In this document: in pieces, positions 18,431 to 30,600 of the stretch
Layout: each line of letters opens with the position of its first letter
Position numbering within the stretch: position 1 is the first letter of the stretch
Virus record (IMG/VR): IMGVR_UViG_3300043101_000190
Location: 36,424 to 100,423 of that record
From: a virus
Lineage: Duplodnaviria > Caudoviricetes
DNA: 64,000 nucleotides
Reading direction: 5' to 3' (one strand)
Notes under the pieces: model-generated
Told to the model about the DNA's origin: nothing
Database searches by the model: none
What the model saw: only the letters and a program-made list of their open reading frames with translations
Program-made: the position numbers and the translations under genes

Positions 18431-20935
18431 ATGAATGGTGTAAATAGTGAATTATCCATATATACTTTATATAGAAAATTTGATGATTATTTGGGATTAA
18501 GTGGTGGTACTGTTACTGGAGATATAACTACCGAAGCAGATATACATTCAAATGGTTGGATTTGTGGATATGAAAATGGGAAAAAATATTACAAAATTCA
18601 AAACAATGGAGAATTTTACGGTAAAAAATTTAAAGCAAGTGAAAATATTACTGCTGAGTGTGTTGAAGTTACAGGCAGAAAAGGCGGTAGTGAAGAAAAC
18701 AAAGATATAGATTATTTTACAGCTATACTTAAAGATGAAACTTTATATGATAGGGATGTGTTTGGTGAAATAACACCATTCAGAGTAAGAAATAATACTG
18801 TTGATTTCTTTCACGTTGAAGTTAAAGATAAGGGAAATTATACAGGAGCTTATTCGGCTTTAAAGATACAGTTAAAAAATAAAAATAGTTTTTTTAATAA
18901 AGACTTTTTGTCTAAGGACTATGGAAATGTAATTGATATTGTTGCAAATGCAAGAGATATCTATTTCAACTCTACTGATTTATTTATCAACAATATAGTT
19001 CAAGTTAGTGGTGTTGGTATTACTTTTTTAGATGGAAGTAAACACAAACCTGTTGCAAAAATTATACCAAATTATTATGAAGATGATAATCGAGTTTTTA
19101 ATTTTATTTCAACAGAATCATTTGGCTTGCAGACAAGTAATAAAAAGAAAAATGAAGATAAGACAAGTAATAATAATATTGTATTTAATGGTAGATTGAA
19201 TATTTGGTATTCTAATACATCTGTTGATAGATTTGAAAATACTGAAAGTAAGAGAAAAATTTTTGAAATGGGTAGTGATTGGATTAAATCTAACAATTTA
19301 ATTAAATATAATAAAGACCTTTTTGAAGCTCTTAATAATGGCGAAACTAAAATGCAAGATAATACTCTTGTTTATAAAAAATATGTTGATGATAAAATAG
19401 GTACAGCTCCAAATAGTTTTAAATCATATTACAATAGCAGTGATGCTGTTAGACTTGTAATTGGAACAAGTGATAATGAGAATTATTTAACAACTACAAT
19501 AGAAAAAGCTACTACTAAAAATGCTGGTGTCGTTACATTAGGTGCTCAAGATTTTTCAGGCGTTAAAAATTTTACACAGGGTATAACTGTTAATGAAATA
19601 AAAACACCTATTAGTTTAAATACAGAGAGTGGTTTATCTAAAAACATATTACAATTAACTAGTGCACAAGGTTTTGATTTTATATGGCAAAATGAATCAT
19701 CAGATTCAGAAGGAAATGGTTTAGTTGGAATATATGATAATCCAAATCCTGCTGCTGATGATAATAACGATTATCCATTAAAAGTATTTGAAATAAATAG
19801 CCAAGGTGCTAATTTTAGTAGTAGTTTATCACTTGATGATATAGAATGTTTAAGTATTAATGAAAAAATAATTGAGGAAAATAAAGCTATAAACAATTTA
19901 AGTATTTTGAATGGAGTTGTTGAAATCAATAGTTCTGAGTCTAAATTTATAGATGCTGTTTGTTTTGGTGGTGTTGTTAGTTTTAAAGATTATATTACAA
20001 TAAATAAAGGATTAAATATATTTGATGCTGCAACTATAGAACTAAAATCTAATGGTACATCCGATGATGATGTTTGGGCTATAAATATAAACCAAGGTAC
20101 TTATGGTATTAAGTATGGCGGTAGTGGAAGATTTTCAGATGTTATTGTTGAAAATATAATTACTTTTGGAGAGAAAGATAGTAAATATAGTATAGATTAT
20201 AGTGGTAGTGCTACTTTTGGTGATATAACTGTTGGTCAAGTGACAGGTGACAACTACAATATAGAATATGAAGCTAGTGAATATGGAAAACAAGCAACTG
20301 GAAATATTCAGATTGGTACATTAAAGGTAGGTAAAGAAAGTAGTTATGATATTTTCGCACCTTCTGCTACTGATACCAAAAATACAGTAGGTTGCTCTCA
20401 GTTAATCAGTGCTGATATGTTGTATCTTGTTGGTGTTAAAAACAGTCAAATTCCTAACGGATATGCAGAAAGTTATACTAATGGTTCGGTATATATGTCA
20501 GATAGTCAATTAGTGACTATAGGTATAAGGCTTAATAAAATAAGTTTGAACAAATCTGAAAACCAAACAGAAATTTATTTTTATGATAATGTATCTTTCT
20601 TAAAAACCACCAATCCAATGGCAATCTTTTTTAATGAAAGTTTAAACGATATAAATTATGGTATTTCTTCAAGGAATAGTAGTAATGTTTTGGTTATTGG
20701 TGATGTACAAACAACTAGTGGTAAAACAACAGGAAGTGGTGCAGTAGAAATTAATACTGACTGTAATGTATTGGGAGATTTAATTGTTGGTTCTAATGGA
20801 AAATTAAAAGTAACAAAAAGTTCTAATGAACAATATGAAGTAATAGATAAATCAATGGTTCATTATGTTACATCAGTACCTGTAAGTGCTGATAGTTATA
20901 ATGAAGGTGATATTATAATGGTATACGAAGATTAA
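18431..20935 (+). CDS. tail/head fibre protein
   Basis: YLGLSGGTVTGDI, KKYVDD, AGVVTLGAQDFSGVKNF fibre motifs; N-term NSELSIY shared with 21716. Confidence 0.65.
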   Translation: MNGVNSELSIYTLYRKFDDYLGLSGGTVTGDITTEADIHSNGWICGYENGKKYYKIQNNGEFYGKKFKASENITAECVEVTGRKGGSEENKDIDYFTAILKDETLYDRDVFGEITPFRVRNNTVDFFHVEVKDKGNYTGAYSALKIQLKNKNSFFNKDFLSKDYGNVIDIVANARDIYFNSTDLFINNIVQVSGVGITFLDGSKHKPVAKIIPNYYEDDNRVFNFISTESFGLQTSNKKKNEDKTSNNNIVFNGRLNIWYSNTSVDRFENTESKRKIFEMGSDWIKSNNLIKYNKDLFEALNNGETKMQDNTLVYKKYVDDKIGTAPNSFKSYYNSSDAVRLVIGTSDNENYLTTTIEKATTKNAGVVTLGAQDFSGVKNFTQGITVNEIKTPISLNTESGLSKNILQLTSAQGFDFIWQNESSDSEGNGLVGIYDNPNPAADDNNDYPLKVFEINSQGANFSSSLSLDDIECLSINEKIIEENKAINNLSILNGVVEINSSESKFIDAVCFGGVVSFKDYITINKGLNIFDAATIELKSNGTSDDDVWAININQGTYGIKYGGSGRFSDVIVENIITFGEKDSKYSIDYSGSATFGDITVGQVTGDNYNIEYEASEYGKQATGNIQIGTLKVGKESSYDIFAPSATDTKNTVGCSQLISADMLYLVGVKNSQIPNGYAESYTNGSVYMSDSQLVTIGIRLNKISLNKSENQTEIYFYDNVSFLKTTNPMAIFFNESLNDINYGISSRNSSNVLVIGDVQTTSGKTTGSGAVEINTDCNVLGDLIVGSNGKLKVTKSSNEQYEVIDKSMVHYVTSVPVSADSYNEGDIIMVYED

Positions 20936-20950
20936 GGAGTGATTATTTAA

Positions 20951-21607
20951 ATGTCAAAACATATAGTTAAAGATAATAAAGTAAAAAAAGTCGCTTCTCA
21001 ATATGTAGTTGTAGACAATGAATTAAAAAGAATAAAACAAGAATACGTAGTTCAATTAGATAAAGGTGTTAAAGTTTTAAGAAAAATATTTGACGATAGG
21101 GCTTCACAAATAAAAGATGTAATATATTCAGTAGAATACTATAATGTGGAATTTAATGGTAGTGATGGATATAGTACAAATTCTGATAGTACAACTAGTA
21201 ACGGTGATATGAGTGAAGTTCTATATGCGTTTAAATTAAATGGGGAATATTTAAAAGTAAAAAAGAATGATGAATTAATAATAAAAGGAACAATAACATT
21301 GGTTGATGATAAAGAATCTTCTGGTAGAACATTTATTTCTGCTATGGTTTCAAGTAAAATTCTTAGTGTGTCTTCAATAGAAAATGAAACGCTCGATTAT
21401 ACAAATATTGTAGGTGAAGTAATAGAAACAATCACTTTAACAAAAAATTATGATAATTTGGAGTTTGAATTTAAATATACAGTTGAAGAAGATTATGATG
21501 ATAAATATTTATTCGTTTTCTTTAGAACAGAGATAGGTTCTGGTTGGTTTGATGTAGTTCCCAAGATTACTTTATGTGGCGTTAATTTATTGAAAACTGA
21601 AAAATAA
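20951..21607 (+). CDS. fibre-tip/accessory receptor-binding protein
   Basis: N-terminal beta-hairpin repeat like 46318; follows fibre ending GDIIMVY. Confidence 0.5.
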   Translation: MSKHIVKDNKVKKVASQYVVVDNELKRIKQEYVVQLDKGVKVLRKIFDDRASQIKDVIYSVEYYNVEFNGSDGYSTNSDSTTSNGDMSEVLYAFKLNGEYLKVKKNDELIIKGTITLVDDKESSGRTFISAMVSSKILSVSSIENETLDYTNIVGEVIETITLTKNYDNLEFEFKYTVEEDYDDKYLFVFFRTEIGSGWFDVVPKITLCGVNLLKTEK

Positions 21608-21617
21608 ATCATTTATT

Positions 21618-21646
21618 AAGAGGATAGCTAATAACTATCCTCTTTT
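21618..21646 (+). terminator. intrinsic terminator
   Basis: AAGAGGATAG...CTATCCTCTTTT. Confidence 0.7.
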
Positions 21647-21715
21647 GTTTTAATTTCCTGTATATTTTTTATTGTTAAAATAAAAAGTTTACTTAATATA
21701 TGGTAGGTGAATATA

Positions 21716-24700
21716 ATGAGTAGTAATTCTGAATTATCAATTTATGCTATAAGCAAATTAATTGATGAATTAAAAAATACAGATGTAGGTAGTCTTAAAA
21801 ACGATATTGAAAAATTAACTAATTTAATTAATACTAATACGACTAATATATCTACAAATTCTGATGAAATTACGGATATAAAAAATAGTCTTAATAAAAA
21901 TTCAACAGAAAATACAGCAAGTTTTAAAGAGTTAAATGATTTGATTACTTCTAAATTTGCACAAAAGGGTAGTTCTACTCAGCCTGTATACGTAGATAGT
22001 ACAGGCACAATTCAAGGTACAACATTTGGATTAAATTCAACAGTACCAGCTGATGCAAAATTTACAGATACAACTTATAAATTGAATGAGAGTGTGTCTA
22101 ATAATACCCTTGAAATCGATTTAAATAGCTCTGCAAGCAACGGTAGCAGCAACATTAGCATAATTGGTAGTGAAAATATTTCGATTGAAAATAGTGATTC
22201 TACGGCTGTTTTAAAGCATACTAAAGGTAGTATTAAAAATACTCTTGCAACTACAACAACAGGTAAAAACTCAGATGGTTCTATGAGCTTTGGTGGTACT
22301 TTAAATATACCAACAATTGATTATGATGAGCAAGGACATATTGTTTCATCAAATACTACTGATGTTGTTTTACCAAATACAAAAGAATTAACTATAACGG
22401 ATGGTAGTAATAGTGGTGTTTATAATGCACAAACAGCAAAAACACTAAGTTTTGAAAGTGGTACAAATAGCACTCCAACTATTTCTTCATCAAGTGATAC
22501 AATTACTGTTAAATATGATACAGTAGATACTAAAGATACTGTTGGTACAACAACAAAAACTGATGGTGATTTATATTTGGTTGGTGTAAACGATAAGACA
22601 GGTAATTCAGCACAAAGTTATACAGATGGAATAGTAAAAATAAATAATGGTACTCTTACAGTTAAGAGTATTGCGTTTGACAATGGTACAACTATGAATG
22701 GTGTGGCGACTGCTATTGATGAAAATGTAAAACAAGTAGAAATAAATTCTTCTGAGGTAAAAACTGGGCAATTTCCAATATTAACTTCTGTATCTAAGAT
22801 AAAAACAGATAGTTATACTGGAAATGTTTTAAAGATAGATGAATTGAATTATTACTACGGCAATCATTCACTTTGTACTCCTTGTCTTACAATTGGTGAT
22901 GGTTTAAATCTTTTTTCAAGAAGTGAGTTAAAGCACTATGCAGGTGGTACAATATTGTTTACAATAGGTGGTGGATATCTTAATTCGTTTAATGGTAATA
23001 CTAGTAGCTTGGATAGCGGTAAAGAATATCCTGTGATTATTAGCAAAGATATGGTAGAAATGTTTAAAACAAAGGGTGAAGACGGTGCAGCCAAATTTGC
23101 TTTAAAGAAAGTTAGGGATGATGAAAGTTCAAGTCATTTGATTATTCGAGACCTTGATTATATAAAAATATCAACTTCTATCAGTAATATCGTTTTTCCA
23201 AGTTTTGCTTATTGTCAACCATCAACTAGTGCAAGTAAAGATAAGATATATGGCGATTTAACTCAATATAATAGAGAACTTTGCTATGATGTTGTTAATG
23301 AAAAACCATATTTTAAGAATCATACCACTTTTAGTTTTTATAGAAATAAAAATTTAGTATCTTCATTTGGCAATGGCGATGATGTAGGTAGTCCTTCTTT
23401 TAATATAAGAGGTACAGATAATAGTCAATATTTTTATTTTGGACGTAATAAAAACGATGAAACGAATGGATATTTTAGAGTTCCCAAATTAATAATGGGT
23501 ATTGATTCAAAAGATAGAAGTAAAATTATATATTCAAATAATTTAAAAATTAAATATAGAGATGATAGTAGTTTTGATAAGTCTGTTTATAAATATAATT
23601 ATACTGGTACACATACTGATGAATATGATACAAGAATGGCTTTTAAATCTAATGTAATTGAAGTAGTAAATGTACCATTAAGAGGTGGAAAAGCTCAAAG
23701 AACTATAAATGCTGATAATAGTGAAAAAATAGGAACAAATTATAAGTGGGAAATAACTTCCGAGGGTGTAGGAAAATTTTCAAACATTTATATTAAAAAT
23801 GATGATTTAGTTGTACCTTTAACAAAATTGTTTGCTTTAAAAACAGAATATTTAATAGCTGTAATAAACAAATCAAGTACTACTGGTACAAGTAGTCAAA
23901 CTTATATTGATTGTGCAGATTTAGTGTTAAGTACAACAGACGATAATAATGGTGAAAGAATAACTAATTTTATAAATTCTGTACCTGACGGTTCAGTAAT
24001 TACTTTTGCACCTGGTAGATATGAATTTAAAGATACGATTTATATTACTAAGGCTATAAATTTAGTAGGTGTAAGTCATAGTACTATTTTTGTTAAGTGT
24101 GAGCCATCTAAAAATGCTTCTAAAGGTGGTACTCCAATATTTAAGATTGGTAAATATTATAGTAGAATTGATAAAAAAGGTAATGTTATTACAGCAAGTG
24201 ATAAAACAGCAAAAATTTCAAATGTAGGTATTGAAAACATATATTTTGATAGTAACAATGATTATCAAACAGCACCATTCATAATGGTTGCGAACTTAAA
24301 TGGTTTTTATTTTAAAAGGAATCGTTTTGGTGTTAGAAGAGTTGCTAGAGATAGTGCTACAACAGCAAATACTGCAACTTGGAAAGATTATACAAAAGCA
24401 TATTTCTTTGTAAAAGTAGAACAATATTTGGCTAATGCAATGATGGCTGAGAATGTATGGAATTTCCAAGGAAATATTTCTGATGATGGAACAAGTTGGA
24501 GTTATCCTTTACCATTAAAGGTTACTGTTGAACAAGAAGATACTGATGATGAAGAATATTGCTATTGTAATGATTGTTGTGTTCAGTTTGATTTTACTGA
24601 ATTAGGAAGTACTTATTCAATGATTTATGGTGCTAGTTGGGAATATCTTAGATATTATAAACAATATGGTAAGGATATGTCACAATTAATACTTTATGGC

Positions 24701-25396
24701 GTTAGAAAGTCTGGCAGTGACGAAGCTTTAGTTTGTACTATTAACAATCCAAAAGAAGATGGAAGTCAAATAACTGATGAAACAAAACAACAGATTACAT
24801 ATAAAACAGAAGAAACAACATCAGTAGAAACTACAACGAAAAATATTTACCCATATTCTTTAAAATTAACAACAGATTTAGAAAATGATATTAATGAAGT
24901 GAATTTGCTTATAAGTTCTTCTGGAAAATACGAACAATTTACAGAATATAAAGCTTTCAACAAGGCGAGTGATGGATATTATTATTCACTTACAAAGAAT
25001 ACAGATGCTATTACAGCAGATGAACTTACTCTTGTGAAAATAAATGAATCTAATGAATATGAAACATATAATATACCTAAGGGTGAAACTGTCGTTGTTA
25101 AGGCTGTTGTAAAATGTTTGGAAGATGGATATGATTCTACAAAGACTCAAAGATTTACAATGTTTGCTAAGTACAATAATAAGGTTGCAGAAAGAATACC
25201 TAATAATAACAATAGAGTATTTTCTGACCTTTCAAGTATAAAAGCAGGAGATAAGATATACTTTGAATTTACATATACAAGTACAGTAGAAGCTCCACTT
25301 ATACTCGAATTTTTGGCTACGACAACTATAAAGTTGGTTGTATATTTTGATGTAAGAATTGGAAGTACATCTATTTCAGAAATTATAGAAGAATAG
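21716..25396 (+). CDS. fibre/spike protein with right-handed beta-helix (pectate-lyase-like) domain
   Basis: VPADAKFTDT fibre motif; DGSVITFAPGRYEFKDTIYI..INLVG..NVGIENIYFD beta-helix entry motif. Confidence 0.6.
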   Translation: MSSNSELSIYAISKLIDELKNTDVGSLKNDIEKLTNLINTNTTNISTNSDEITDIKNSLNKNSTENTASFKELNDLITSKFAQKGSSTQPVYVDSTGTIQGTTFGLNSTVPADAKFTDTTYKLNESVSNNTLEIDLNSSASNGSSNISIIGSENISIENSDSTAVLKHTKGSIKNTLATTTTGKNSDGSMSFGGTLNIPTIDYDEQGHIVSSNTTDVVLPNTKELTITDGSNSGVYNAQTAKTLSFESGTNSTPTISSSSDTITVKYDTVDTKDTVGTTTKTDGDLYLVGVNDKTGNSAQSYTDGIVKINNGTLTVKSIAFDNGTTMNGVATAIDENVKQVEINSSEVKTGQFPILTSVSKIKTDSYTGNVLKIDELNYYYGNHSLCTPCLTIGDGLNLFSRSELKHYAGGTILFTIGGGYLNSFNGNTSSLDSGKEYPVIISKDMVEMFKTKGEDGAAKFALKKVRDDESSSHLIIRDLDYIKISTSISNIVFPSFAYCQPSTSASKDKIYGDLTQYNRELCYDVVNEKPYFKNHTTFSFYRNKNLVSSFGNGDDVGSPSFNIRGTDNSQYFYFGRNKNDETNGYFRVPKLIMGIDSKDRSKIIYSNNLKIKYRDDSSFDKSVYKYNYTGTHTDEYDTRMAFKSNVIEVVNVPLRGGKAQRTINADNSEKIGTNYKWEITSEGVGKFSNIYIKNDDLVVPLTKLFALKTEYLIAVINKSSTTGTSSQTYIDCADLVLSTTDDNNGERITNFINSVPDGSVITFAPGRYEFKDTIYITKAINLVGVSHSTIFVKCEPSKNASKGGTPIFKIGKYYSRIDKKGNVITASDKTAKISNVGIENIYFDSNNDYQTAPFIMVANLNGFYFKRNRFGVRRVARDSATTANTATWKDYTKAYFFVKVEQYLANAMMAENVWNFQGNISDDGTSWSYPLPLKVTVEQEDTDDEEYCYCNDCCVQFDFTELGSTYSMIYGASWEYLRYYKQYGKDMSQLILYGVRKSGSDEALVCTINNPKEDGSQITDETKQQITYKTEETTSVETTTKNIYPYSLKLTTDLENDINEVNLLISSSGKYEQFTEYKAFNKASDGYYYSLTKNTDAITADELTLVKINESNEYETYNIPKGETVVVKAVVKCLEDGYDSTKTQRFTMFAKYNNKVAERIPNNNNRVFSDLSSIKAGDKIYFEFTYTSTVEAPLILEFLATTTIKLVVYFDVRIGSTSISEIIEE

Positions 25397-25423
25397 TTTA
25401 ACATATTCTATCATTACTTTATT

Positions 25424-25449
25424 AAAGAGCAGTTAAAATACTGCTCTTT
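25424..25449 (+). terminator. intrinsic terminator
   Basis: AAAGAGCAGT...ACTGCTCTTT. Confidence 0.6.
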
Positions 25450-25510
25450 ATATTTTTTATTTAAAAATTTATTTTTAAAATAAATATGTTTTTGAAATAG
25501 AGGTGATTGT

Positions 25511-27538
25511 ATGGCAGATACAACCAAAAGTAAAACTTTAATTACGAGAGTGATGAATAAATACGATACAAAAGCAAATTGGGAAACAAATAACCCTGTA
25601 CTATTAAAAGGTGAATTTGCAGTTATTGAAGTTCCGTCAAGTACAACAGGTGGACAGGCGAGTTATCAATTAAAAGTGGGTGATGGTACAAGTAAATTCA
25701 ATGATTTAAAGTACCTTTCCTCAGGTTATACAGGAGCGAATGGAATATCAGTAGGTGAAGATTTTTCAATAAGTCATACTAATGCTATTACGGCAGGTAC
25801 AGTAGGACCTACTGCTGACGCTACTCTTAGTTTTGGTAGTAGTATTAATGTACCTTATGTAAAGTATGATGCACAAGGTCATATTACAACAGCTACTAAT
25901 TATTCTATAACTTTACCGAGTACAAAAGCTTTAACTATAACAGACGGTACAAATAGAGATACTTACAATGCGACTACTGCTAAGACATTAACATTTGCAA
26001 ATGGTACAAATACAACAGCAAGTGTTTCAGCTGCAAGCAATGTTATTACTGTTAAATATGATTCAGTAGATACAAAAAATACAGTTGGTGCAACAGCAAA
26101 CGATAGTACAAAATTATGGATAATTGGTGCAACAGAACAAACAGATAATCCACAATCATATACAAATTCAAATATTTATATTAATTATTCAAGTTCAAAA
26201 GCAATATTAACAGCTCCATATTTCAGCGGTAATGGTAGTAGTCTAACTAATTTAAATGCAAGTAATTTAGCAAGCGGTACTGTTCCTGATGCAAGATTAA
26301 ACAAAATAACAAGAACAGATAGCACTTCTAACACATCTCCTACTCACGAAGCTGATTTTTCTGTTATTGATAGTATTATAACTGATGATTATGGTAGAGT
26401 TACAAAGGTAAACACTAAAAAAGTAACATTACCTTCTGATAAAGATACACATTATATTGGATTAAATGTTCTTGCTAATAATGATGGTACTGCTTCTACT
26501 GCTTCTTCAACTGATTTGGCAAATGAAGAAGTAAATTTCCTTCATTATGAAGTAGATGGTTCAAATAAATATATAACTTCTCATCATAAATTTGTTGGTA
26601 GTGGTATTGCAACAGTTACAGGAAAGGTAGTAGCAGAAAGTGGAGATGACAACCACGATATTACAGGCACAATTACAATTAATGTTGATGCTAAATCTTC
26701 TACTGGTACAAGTACAAGTGCTACAATGACACAGAAAGCCATTACAGATACTATTACCACACTTAAATCTGATTTAGAAAAAGAAATTAGTGAAGTTATT
26801 AGTGCTTCTGATGCAATGGTATTTAAGGGTATTTTAGGGGCAACAACCGTAGCTGGAGCAATACAAACATTGCCAACAACTTTTAAGGTTGGTGATACAT
26901 ATAGAGTTGTTACATCAGGTACTTATGCAGGACAAAATTGTGAAATTGGTGATTTAGTTATTGCTGTTTCAACTAAAGGAGAAACAGAAAAAGATAATTG
27001 GACGGTAGCACAGACAAACATTGATGGTGCAATAACTAATATTACACTTAAAGATAATTCAGGATTGGATATATCAGGTTCAGGCAATGCAAGAACAATA
27101 GGTCATAGTAATGTTCTTAGTGCAGGCGGTACAGCAAGTAGTCCTACAAGTGGTACTCTTAGTTTTGGTGCAGAAGTTAAAATTCCACAAATCACATATG
27201 ATATAAATGGTCATATTACTTCTGTTGATACAACAACTACTACGTTTAAGTTACCACCAAATCCTAATACCGATACTAAGGTAACTCAAAATTTATCGAC
27301 AGCAAATTCGAATTTACCTCTTTTGGCAAGTTATTATGCAAAAGGTAGTACAACGACAACAGCACAAACTGTAAATAGAAATGATGATGTTTATATGAAC
27401 CCTTCTACAGGTACAATTACTGCAACAAATCTTACTGCAACAGGAACATTAACTGGTAGTTTAAATCAAAGTAACATTACACAAGAAACAGGTGAATATA
27501 TAATTTTTGAATGTGGTAGTTCATCAGTTAATATTTAA
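25511..27538 (+). CDS. fibre protein with Mtd_N/hyaluronidase-N-like N-terminal domain
   Basis: KYDTxANW..NPVLLKGE..KVGDG..FNDLKY; YDAQGHIT repeats; DAMVFKG module. Confidence 0.7.
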   Translation: MADTTKSKTLITRVMNKYDTKANWETNNPVLLKGEFAVIEVPSSTTGGQASYQLKVGDGTSKFNDLKYLSSGYTGANGISVGEDFSISHTNAITAGTVGPTADATLSFGSSINVPYVKYDAQGHITTATNYSITLPSTKALTITDGTNRDTYNATTAKTLTFANGTNTTASVSAASNVITVKYDSVDTKNTVGATANDSTKLWIIGATEQTDNPQSYTNSNIYINYSSSKAILTAPYFSGNGSSLTNLNASNLASGTVPDARLNKITRTDSTSNTSPTHEADFSVIDSIITDDYGRVTKVNTKKVTLPSDKDTHYIGLNVLANNDGTASTASSTDLANEEVNFLHYEVDGSNKYITSHHKFVGSGIATVTGKVVAESGDDNHDITGTITINVDAKSSTGTSTSATMTQKAITDTITTLKSDLEKEISEVISASDAMVFKGILGATTVAGAIQTLPTTFKVGDTYRVVTSGTYAGQNCEIGDLVIAVSTKGETEKDNWTVAQTNIDGAITNITLKDNSGLDISGSGNARTIGHSNVLSAGGTASSPTSGTLSFGAEVKIPQITYDINGHITSVDTTTTTFKLPPNPNTDTKVTQNLSTANSNLPLLASYYAKGSTTTTAQTVNRNDDVYMNPSTGTITATNLTATGTLTGSLNQSNITQETGEYIIFECGSSSVNI

Positions 27539-27561
27539 TATATATTTAAAATAAATCAAAT

Positions 27562-27592
27562 AAAAGAGAGTGGATAATTCCACCCTCTTTTT
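27562..27592 (+). terminator. intrinsic terminator
   Basis: AAAAGAGAGTGGA...TCCACCCTCTTTTT. Confidence 0.6.
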
Positions 27593-27673
27593 AATTATTA
27601 AAATTTTAATAATTTTTATTTTTATGTAAAAGATTTAAAAAACATATCTTGGTCGAATAGGAGGTTGTTTTTC

Positions 27674-30600
27674 TTGGCAAGTACGAAAACTTTACAAACA
27701 AGAATTAAACATAAATATGATACCTCAACCAATTGGGATAATTCAACAAATCCATTATTACAAGGTGAACTTGGAATTTCTAATGATGATGGAATTATAA
27801 AAGTTGGTGATGGTACAAATACGTATAATAATTTAGAAGATACACACGTTTATCCGAGTAAATATTACTTAGATAATTCACCTGCTGTACCACTTATTAT
27901 TGGTACGCAGACAAAAGCAACAGGTACTTGGACTGGTGTGAGTGATACTATTGTTGCATTAAAAGATGGTTTAACAATAAAATATTGGCTTCCTTATGCA
28001 GGTTCAGGTAGTGCTTCATTAACGCTTACATTAAAAGATGGTACTACGACAAGTGCAATTCCTGTTTATTATGGTGGTACAACGAGAATAAACGCTCAAT
28101 ATGAAGCTGGTTGTATTTTAACATTAACTTATTTATCAGAACCTAATGTAAAAGGTGATATAAAATCAGCAGGTTGGTGGGCTGATGCTAACTCTGATAC
28201 AGATACTAATATTTATGATAAAACAAAATATGCAGGAGTTGTATATGCTAAGAAAGCAATATCAGCTTCCAATATTATTACAGGTAATTCAGAAGGTTAT
28301 TCTCAATTAAATTCAGGGGATGCTTTTGATGTTACTTATCCTATATTATATGCTACTAAATCAATAACTATAAATAAAACAGGTAGTGAAAATTATATAT
28401 TAACAAGTTTTACTACTTCAACAACACAAAAAGGAAATTTTACTTTATATAAAACTGTTTTTATTAAAGGTACATTAAGTGGTACTACATTTACACCCGT
28501 TTCTACTACACCTTTAGTACAAATAGATGATACTACTGATACTGATGAAAGTTATTATTATGTGTTGTTAGGTCTTGTAAGCAAAGCAACAGAAATGTAT
28601 CTTGCACCACCACACCCTGTTTATAAATTTATAGATGGTGTTTTTAGTTTAGTAAATACTTGGAGACCTGTTGTAGATAATTTAACAAGTACAGATACAG
28701 ACAAATCTTTATCTGCAAATCAAGGTAAAGTATTAGATGATAAAAAAATAACTCATACAACAATAACAACTGCTACCGATTTAGATACTTTAACAACAAC
28801 AGGTATTTATCATTTAAAAGTTAGTAATAATACAAAAGTTCCTACAACAGGTAATGGTACGTTATATGTTGATTTTAACGTAAGTACGCCATATCAAATA
28901 TGGGAAGCTGATAATGTAACAGGTAAATATTATAAAAGAACTTATACAAACTCCAGTTGGGGGAGTTGGGTAACATTGTATCGTACTGATACAGTAACAA
29001 CAGCTACGACAAGTGGTAGTGGAAATGTATTAACAAGTATTACAGCTACTAATGGTGCTTTAAGTATAACAAAAGATTTATCTGTTTATTCAAAATCTGA
29101 AACATATACGCAAACAGAAATAAACAATTTATTATTAAATTATGTACCTAAAACAGGTGGAGAATTTACAGGTGCAGTTACAATTAGTGATGAATTATAT
29201 AATGATTCAGCAACATTAGGTGATGTAATTGTAAATGGTAGTGCAAGATTTAATAATACAGTATATATATCACAAACACCGAGTACTGATACACAAGCTG
29301 CAAATAAGAAGTATGTAGATGATGCAATAAAAGCAGGGTTTGCTGCTAATGATGCTATGGTGTTTAAGGGTGTTGTAGATTCAACAACCACTTGGAATAA
29401 AATAAATAGTGCTACTCACAGTGCAGGTGATACTTATAGAGTATCAGTAAAAGGAACATACGGAAATGATGTGTGTGAAGTAGGAGATTTAATCATATGT
29501 ATTAATGATGGTACAAGTGCAAATAATGATGATTGGATTGTTGTTCAAACAAATATTGATGGTGCTGTTACTAATACAACAAATACATCTACTAAAGGAA
29601 ATGTAGCTGTATTTTCAGATACAACGGGTAGAGTAATAGAAGATAGTGGAATTGCAAGTAGTAATTTGTTTTTAACAACTGCTATAAAAAATCTTACAAT
29701 ACAAACAAATGGTTCTAATTTATGTACTTATACACCGAATAGTAATACTGAAATATTTGATTTTAAGGCTGGTACAAATGTTACGTTATCTACTGATACT
29801 TCAAGTCATACACATACTATTACAATCAGTAGTTCTGATACACATTTAACAAGTAAAAATATTGTTGGTAATTCAGAAGCAACTACTAATACTACATCAG
29901 TATTAACTAATGGTAATGTATATTTAAAACATATTGAAAGTAATTCAACTACACCTACGTCAAGTCACTTAATTAAAGGTACAGGTTCATCAACTGTTGA
30001 AACTGATAGTAGTGGTAATATTATAGTTGATTCAGTACCTCTTATTATAGGTACTCAAACTACTACGACTGCTTCTTGGACGGGTAAGGCTGAAACTATA
30101 AGTGTTTTAAAAGATGGTATGTCAATAAAATATTGGTTGCCAACAACAAGTGCTTCAAATGTAACATTAAATCTTACATTAAAGGGTGGTTCAACAACAG
30201 GAGCTTTACCAGTTTATTATAGTGGTACAACAAGATTAACTACTCATTATGCTGCAAACAATATTGTTTCGTTAGTATACAGAGAAAATGTAACTATAGG
30301 TAGTACAACTATTGCAAAGGGTTTTTGGTGTGATGGTGACTATAATAGTAATACTGATGTTTATGTAAAACAAACTTTAACAAGCAATGATGGTCGTTAC
30401 CCTCTTTTGGCAAGTACAAAAAACACAGGAACTACAACAACAGATGTGACAACAACTGCTTATAGAAATAATAATATATATATGACACCTAGCACAGGGG
30501 CTTTAACTGTTAGTAAATTATTTAGTAGTTTTAATAGTAATGGCGAAGATGATAGTACTCATTGTGTTGATTTACAAGGGGAATATTCGACTCCTAATTA

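Noticed and set aside
17947-28963. G5 runs at 17947 and 28959 as further switches
   Set aside because: Short and in frame; one doubles as the SD for 17960 and the other is explained by Trp-Gly codons.
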